Source of the DNA: Lama guanicoe
Taxonomy: Eukaryota
DNA: 64,000 bases
NCBI GenBank assembly: GCA_013239625.1
Contig: MU053557.1
Span: 5,467,842 to 5,531,841 of the forward strand
Direction of reading: 5' to 3'
A program made the translations under genes and the position numbers. The first letter of the stretch is position 1. Each line of letters opens with the position of its first letter. Below are positions 26,139 through 64,000 of the stretch, one piece after another. Under the pieces are notes generated by a model. It searched no databases, was not told the origin of the DNA, and saw only the letters and a program-made list of their open reading frames with translations.

Positions 26139-28298
26139 GCACTGAAAACACCAAGAATAAAACAGACACCCCTTCTTCCCACCCCCAAGCCCACAATAGC
26201 AGAAAGTTTGAGCAGTGGTCATTCAAGTTCACAGCCACAGATTTTTTAAAAAAAGAAAAGAGAGAATTGAAACAAACCCCCAAACAAATAGTAACAAAGA
26301 AACCAGCACGGGGAGTCTGGCAAATACATCCCCTAAGGGGTCTCCCCTTGAAGGGAGACAGGAGGCCAGGGGTCAGGGTCAGCGCTCGCTGGGCGCACGT
26401 CCGGGAGAATGCTTTCCCGTTAACGCGTTTGCATGCTGGAGCCTGGGACTTGTCTTAGGGCTGGATTTTTTGCATCTATAGGATGTCTGACTGTCTGGTG
26501 GGGGGTCGGCTCTGGGCCACTTTGTCTGCCAGTCTCCCCTGCCGGCTGCCTCAGGATCACGCTGGTGCCCTGGCGTCTACACCAGCTGACTGCCCACCCA
26601 CATGTGTGGCCTTTGCAGTGGGGCCATCTTGGCCTGGGGTAGGGACTGGCCTCTCCTTCTCTGGTACCCAGAGAGGGGCACAGTGGACAGGAAGTGTGTC
26701 AGCAGGTAAAAGGCAGGACTTTGGTGTCCTCTAGCTCAGCTTCCTCTGGTGGGGAACCGAGGGCCAGAGCAAGGAAAGGACCTGCCCAAAGTCACAGAGT
26801 GAGTCTGATCAGAGATGCGAATGGAATCCTAATAACCCCCAAACCATGGCTCTTTCCCCCACAGTCCACTGCGAATCAGCAGCAGACAGGCACCAAAGAG
26901 GGGGATGAGGGGTGGGCGGGGGAGGGCAGGGGGACTGGACAGGCCCAGAGAGGAATGGAAGACCAGCCAGTGACTCACCCTGTTGGTTCTCATGGGCGTA
27001 CTGGGCTTCACCTCACCATCTTATTTGATCCCCACCCCAGCACCCCTGCAACATAGGCTGGGCGGGAACATTTAACCCTTTGAACGGAGGGGAGGGGAAA
27101 CTGAGGCTGAAGAAGGACCAGACTTTGCCTTGGTAATAGCAGCAGCCCCTCACCTTTGGCTTGGGGATGGCTGTGGGAGCTGGCAGTTCACAAGGGAGGC
27201 AGGTGGTTTTGCTGCTGGGATGCTGGGATCACTGGGCCTTACTGGGAAGCCCTCTGGACCTGGGGCAGGTCAAGTGCCCACCCTGGGCCTCGGCAGTAGG
27301 GTCTCTGCCAAGGGTGGAGGCCAGTGATCGACCAGTTTGGAGACCAGGAGGGCTGGGCAGCCTCTCTCCTGGCCTGTAGCCCCCGCCCAGCCTGCCTCAC
27401 CTGTACCGGGGGCAGCAGCCCTTGCCGACAGAATGAGCCCAGCAGACAGCTTGTGATCGGGAAAAACTCAGAAAGTCCTGGGTCAAACACCCACATCAGT
27501 CCTGCTCCACTCAACACCCAGGATTCCCCAGGGGTTTGGGGGAACCAGAGCCTCCTCCAAATCCCTGGGGATGTGGCTCTTCCTCCCCTAAAATCCTCCA
27601 AGAGGGGACAGTATCTCATGCTGGCAAAACACGGCCACACAGAGGCCAAAAGCACAGAGAGGCAGCAACATAATTCCGAGTCGGACACTGAGAATACAAC
27701 CTCTTTTTTTTTTTGTCCAAAACATGTAGATTGATTTTGCTGAGTGTTTTTTCCTCTTTTCTTTTTTTTTCAACATACTTACTGCATATAAAGTCATGCA
27801 AAGAAAACAGTGCAGACAGTAGATCCTAGTGGACGTGCCAAGGCATTCCACATCAGAGTCAATTCCCAAGGGAAGAGGGAAAGAGAAAGGAAAAGAAAGA
27901 TATGAACCCACGACTGCAGGAGGAGGTGTGAAGAGTAGAAATTGCAGCGTTCTTTTTGGACCCGCATGAAGACACATGCTCGTGAACCCCTCAGAGGTGG
28001 GTGGGTGGGGGGCGCCAGGGGTGGTACACAGATGTGGTGGGAGGAAATCCTGGGAAGCATGGTAGTAAGGACCCCGGTTTGGGAGGCAAGCAAGGAAAAG
28101 CCTAGACACTGCCATCCTGACAACCTCCCCTACTCTCTCTGCCCTGATTTGCTGTTTCTTCGTCAGCACTACCATGTGATGCTTCTCCAGTCCTGAAGGG
28201 AAACTTGGGTCTGAAATGTCAGAGAGATCCTTTCCCCGGGGCTGAGTCCACCTCCGCCCCAGATAACCACAAGTGACAAAGTCCATCTCAGAGATGAC

Positions 28299-28342
28299 CA
28301 AAAAAAAAAAAGGAAAGAAAGAAAGAAAGAAAAAAACAAAAA
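28299..28342 (+). repeat. A-run/(GAAA)n tract (U-rich in CAMK2A mRNA)
   Basis: Direct reading. Confidence 0.85.
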
Positions 28343-29300
28343 GACCTTGAACAGAAAAAACTACCCCTCAACCTCTTCCCACTTTCCTTCCCAACCCAAC
28401 CATTCTCACAATAATCTGAGAGGTCTAGTTATTACATAAATATCCATTAACGCGAAATCCATTTACGAAACACACAGAAGTTTGGCTATAAAAAGGCATG
28501 CGGTCCAAGTAGAAGTGATACCTAAACGTTGTTTTCTTTTGCCCCCAAAAAGCAATCAGATTCTCTCCTCGGATGTGACGAAGCTGGAATTCCCCGGGCC
28601 TGATGGAAGGGTGGAAGGGGCGGTTAGTGCTGGAGGGGACATCAGCAGAAGGAGGAAAGAAATGGGGGCACCCTGAGAGGATCGCGCCCCCCCACACTGA
28701 GGGAGGAGGGTCAGCTGCAGACCAGGAAGGCAGGACAGGACGGGAGAAGAGCTAGGAAGGCAGTTTGAGGCAGGAGGCTCCTGGCGTCTGCTCCTCTCTC
28801 GCCCTCTCCCACAGGGGAGGTTGGCTCGGGGAGTTGGGGCTTCATCTGCCCTTCCCTGGGAGGCCTCAGAAGAGGAGAGATCAGGGAGACGGCCAGGCAG
28901 ATGCCACATTCCTCCTGACTGCGCCCCTCCTCCCCAGCCCCTGAGGGAACACACAGCTGGGCGCTCGGGCCTACAGCCAAGGCAAGACCAGGCCAATGGC
29001 AGCTGGGAGGGGGTCCAGGGGCTGGCACCCCGGGCACCTGGGCCTGAGGAAGCCCCTCCCTGGCCAAGGACAGAGAGCGAGAGTGACAGGTGGGGATGGG
29101 GAGATGTGGCCATTTGCTCTGAAGTCGTGATAGCTTTTGCAAACAGGCAGGTTTTCTTGACACAGGTATGAAGGTGATAGTGATGGCAGCGGGATGGTGT
29201 GATTGAGGGAATTCCAGCAAAATCCAAGTGGGAGAACCAGCAGCCACATTCCACGGACAAAGAGTGGATCTCTGCGGTACGGTGCCCCCAGCCTGGTCCT

Positions 29301-60433
<31,133 letters not shown>

Positions 60434-61234
60434 CTGCAGGAGGGGCCGAGGCAGTCGGTTACATAGGACACAGCGCTCTGCACCCCTGGCCTCCCTCTTA
60501 CCCCTTGAATAGCCAACATCCCAATTTCTCAGACAGTCATTGAGTACAAGACAGTTTTCAGGTGCTTTGACAGATGTACAGGGCTCACTGACCTCAGGCA
60601 TTCCTGAAAGATTCCTCGGGTTCAAGACTAAGACCACTGCTTTGGTCCAAGTTTGATCCCCTTCCCCATCCAACCCTCAGTTTCCCTGCTGGGCTGGTCA
60701 GCGTCATGGAAAGAGACCATGGCTCAGATCTCTGCCACTCGCTAGCTGTGTGACTTTGGGCAAGTTGCTACACCTTTCTGAGCCTTTCTTTCCTTGCCTT
60801 GACAACCAGAATGAAACTCCTGGAACGGCAGGCTTGCTGGGAAAATGCCACGAGGCACACATCGGCGCTCGCTTGGTGCTGGCCCAGAGCTAATGCCCCT
60901 GCTCTGTGTCCAGGTCTGAGGAAGTAATGGAGCTGGAGGATGAAAGAGTGACAGCAGTCCCTGAGTTTCTGGCGTGCTGAGAAACTGTCATCTCTTCATA
61001 CTTCATTTACCAAGAACAGAGGCAAGCTCCCAGGAGCCCAGAGCTTCCAAAATTACCCCCTGAGCTTCTGGAAAAAAGGGCCCAAGGCCTGGGGCTGACT
61101 CTGGGTTGGGGGGGACCCTCACCATGCCAGCCAAGGGCAAATCCTCCCAGGACAAATTCATGTCCTTCCCTGCACCACAACCTAAAAATGTCCACGGAGG
61201 GGAGGGGGCAGCGTGTGGGCCTGAAGAATTATGG

Positions 61235-61985
61235 TGCATCGCACAATGGAAAATTACACAGCTGTTAAAATAATGCAGCAGTTACGTATCCACTGGTTTG
61301 GAATCATCTCTAAATTATGCTGTTTGGTGAAAAAGCAAAGTGCAAAACAGTATGCAGAGTCGTTTTTAAAAAGGATGGATTTAAGCTTGTGTATGGCATA
61401 AATCTCTCTGCAAGGATACAGAGATGTGAGCATTGAGGGTGCCTTGGGGAGGGGAATTGGGACAGCTGGGGTCACGGGTTGGTGAGACTTTTCACTGTAA
61501 ATCCTAGTGCCATCTGAATTCTTGCATTATTTCTGACTCAATATCAAGTCCCCTAAATAGCTTATGGCTCTCGTATCTGCACAGAACATTTGGAGAAGCA
61601 GGCATCAAATATCCCAGTGGGTGCCGACAAGGCAGGGGAAATGGAGACCAGAGAAGGAGGATGAAGGGGATGCAAATTTAAATAAAAATGTTTTTAAAAT
61701 AGTGAATGATACATATAAGTAGTAACTGAAATATATTTTTCAACTATTTCAAAGCAACACTAAAATGCAGTAGCCTAAGAGTAAGCACATATAACATAAT
61801 CCTGCTTTGATTTTTTATCAACGTTTTATTATAAAAAATTTCAAACATACAGTCAAGTGAACACCCACACATCCACCACCTCGAGTCTATCATTACTGTT
61901 TTCTTATACTTGCTCTACTACGTTTCTATCTATTCCTCTATCCTTTCATCTATTTCAATTTTTCAATTCATTTAAAAGCAAAGGT
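61235..61985. mobile_element. Degenerate L1M fragments
   Basis: AT-rich; ACAATGGAAAATTACACAGCTGTTAAAA and TTTTATTATAAAAAATTTCAAACATACAG motifs; approximate. Confidence 0.45.
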
Positions 61986-64000
61986 AGGCTTGATTTTTTA
62001 AAAAATATCTATGTGTTTTTAAATAGGCAGCCTGTATTTTCTGTGTGCAGAATCTGGTGCCCTGCCCAGACCCCCGTTAGTGAGATGGTGCAGCCATCCT
62101 GCAGCTGCTAGGGGGCTGGCTATCAGCTCACAGTTGCCCCCCTTCTTTGGAGAACTGTCCACGGCTGATGGAGCCACCTGGCCCGCAAGGTTACCTGCAG
62201 CTTTCAGCGGATGACTGACTAACGTGGGGAGGCAGAGTCTGCGAAAAAGGCCCATCTCGTCGCCTTAAGGGGGAGGCAAGATGGGCTTTATGTTCCAGAG
62301 GCCTCGCCACTGCACCCTCCACCTGGGGATCAGGTCAGAGTTAGATTTGACCTGAGGTCTCATCTCTGCTCTGTTTCTACTCTTCCTCCATCCTGCTCCA
62401 CCCCAGCCCTGACAGGCCTCCGCTGGGAGCACACCTTCAGTAAATCACAAGCACCTGATTCCCTGTCTCGGGCTCTGCTTCTAGGAAACCTGACCTGAGA
62501 TAATATACTTGAGAAGGCACAGACATCAAATATCACACAGAAGCATACAGCATCAGTGTCAGCTCTGGATGCTCAGGTCACAGGAGATGCTTTAAAGAGT
62601 ATCTGTCTTCTCATTTATCTACCATAAGCTTGTATTAATAGTGTACCAACGTCAAGTTTTGAAAAAGACCCTTTCCTCCAAGAGGATTCTCAGGGAGCAG
62701 ACTCCGGCCTGTCTACCCTGCTCAGGTGTGTGTTTTCAACTCCTCTTTCCTGAGTGTGAGAAGCTGTGAGAAGCCAGGCTACATCCAGAACCATCTCAGA
62801 GAGGGCTTTTAGAACTGAGTCAACAGCCTCTAGGGAGAAGCTCCAAGAAGACTGGGGACCCAGAGCCACCCTCTGTCCAGGAGCCTCAGCACCTTTTAGA
62901 CAAGGTCCTTAGGGCCCAAAGAAATGGACAGAATTGGCGTGGGGCGTGAGGATGGGGGGCCGTCTCCAGAGCTCACTCTAGCTCAGATGGTACCTTTGTG
63001 CTGATTGTAAAAGGCTGGCCCTCTAAGCAGCCAGTTGAGGGGGATATGGGTTGGATTCCAGCCCCCACCTGCTGACTGGAGTTGGCTTCAATCCCTGAGA
63101 GGTGGTCGAATCACAGATCCGAGCCCCAGAGACAGGAATCCTCCTTTGGGTGCACAAATCATCCCCTCCCATGGATGGAGGCTGCCCTGAAGAAACACTC
63201 AACCCTGAATTCAAGAGGTGCAAGGGCCACGGTCTATGTAACAGTCCCCTCTAATGGTGGAGAGATTGGCGTGCCTGTGCTCATTGACTCACACTGTCAC
63301 TTTTTGACGTTTTAAAATATTGTCACAGAACAAACCAATCTGTAACCTACTTTTCATTTATGTAGTGGGATTCATGAATTTCTGACATCCCTGTCATATT
63401 TCCAACGGTTACCATTTTTCTCTCAGCAACTGAAGGGTCATCCTTGTTCCCCTGGCTGCCGCCCTGCTGACAACACACTCCTGATGTCCACAGGATGGCT
63501 CAGAACACGGGCTCAGCAGTCAGACTCACTGGCTTTGTCTTCCAGAGCTTCCACCTCGTAAAAGCTATGTAACTTCGGGCAAATTATGTAACCTCTCTGA
63601 GCCTTGTCTCCTAGTGGCAGTGCTAATACCACTGGACTGCTGTGGGGGATTAACGCAGTGATGCTCGTAAAGCCCCCAGCACAGGGCCTGGCACTAGGAG
63701 GAACTTAATACACGAAGACATCATTATCTTCATCACCAACCACCCTCACTTCTCCTCCCCAACCTAAATCACCTGCTAAACCGGCAGGTTGTCTCCTTCT
63801 CCCCAGGGTGGCCTTTGGGGAGTCCACCTCAGCAACGTGCTGAGGGTGCAGAGAGCAGGGTACTATCCTCCCCCAAGCAGGATCCAGGAGGTAAATGCTC
63901 ATGCATCGCACAGTTGGACCCACCTGCGCTAAGCCAGGGACCTCCCTGACCTGGTCGCTTTGGGGCTGGGAAGTGACCCCACAAAGGCAGCCGCCAGTAC

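Larger units (their letters stand above)
26115..29300 (-). other. CAMK2A: CAMK2A long 3'UTR (~3.2 kb; end approximate)
   Basis: Runs from the stop codon to AATAAA at 26138-26133 (-); contains U-rich tracts, CPE-like motifs and a G4 motif. Confidence 0.85.

Overview
Mammalian genomic DNA, probably camelid (inferred from a Vic-1-like tRNA-derived SINE). It holds two convergent neuronal genes. On + is SLC6A7 (brain L-proline transporter PROT): coding exons 2-14 span 4367-17528, exon 1 lies upstream of the window, and the likely polyA signal is at 18988. On - is CAMK2A (CaMKII alpha): exons 4-19 span 60433-29301, exons 1-3 lie beyond the right edge, and a ~3.2 kb 3'UTR ends near 26115. All called exons have GT-AG boundaries and consistent phases; exon numbers follow my recollection of the human orthologues. 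CAMK2A also contains the alphaB NLS exon and the internal alphaKAP start, with a MEF2/E-box cluster upstream. The most unusual elements are (i) a retrotransposed 3' end of 28S rRNA with an A-tail and a perfect 16-bp target-site duplication (TSD) in CAMK2A intron 15, (ii) a ~70-bp L1 3'-end insertion with a perfect 19-bp TSD, (iii) a divergent pair of near-consensus CTCF motifs, (iv) three short stop-free 3n introns, and (v) a terminal CAMK2A intron whose retention changes only the last residue. I see no evidence of a wholly new biological system, and most of the ORF track is GC-rich noise.
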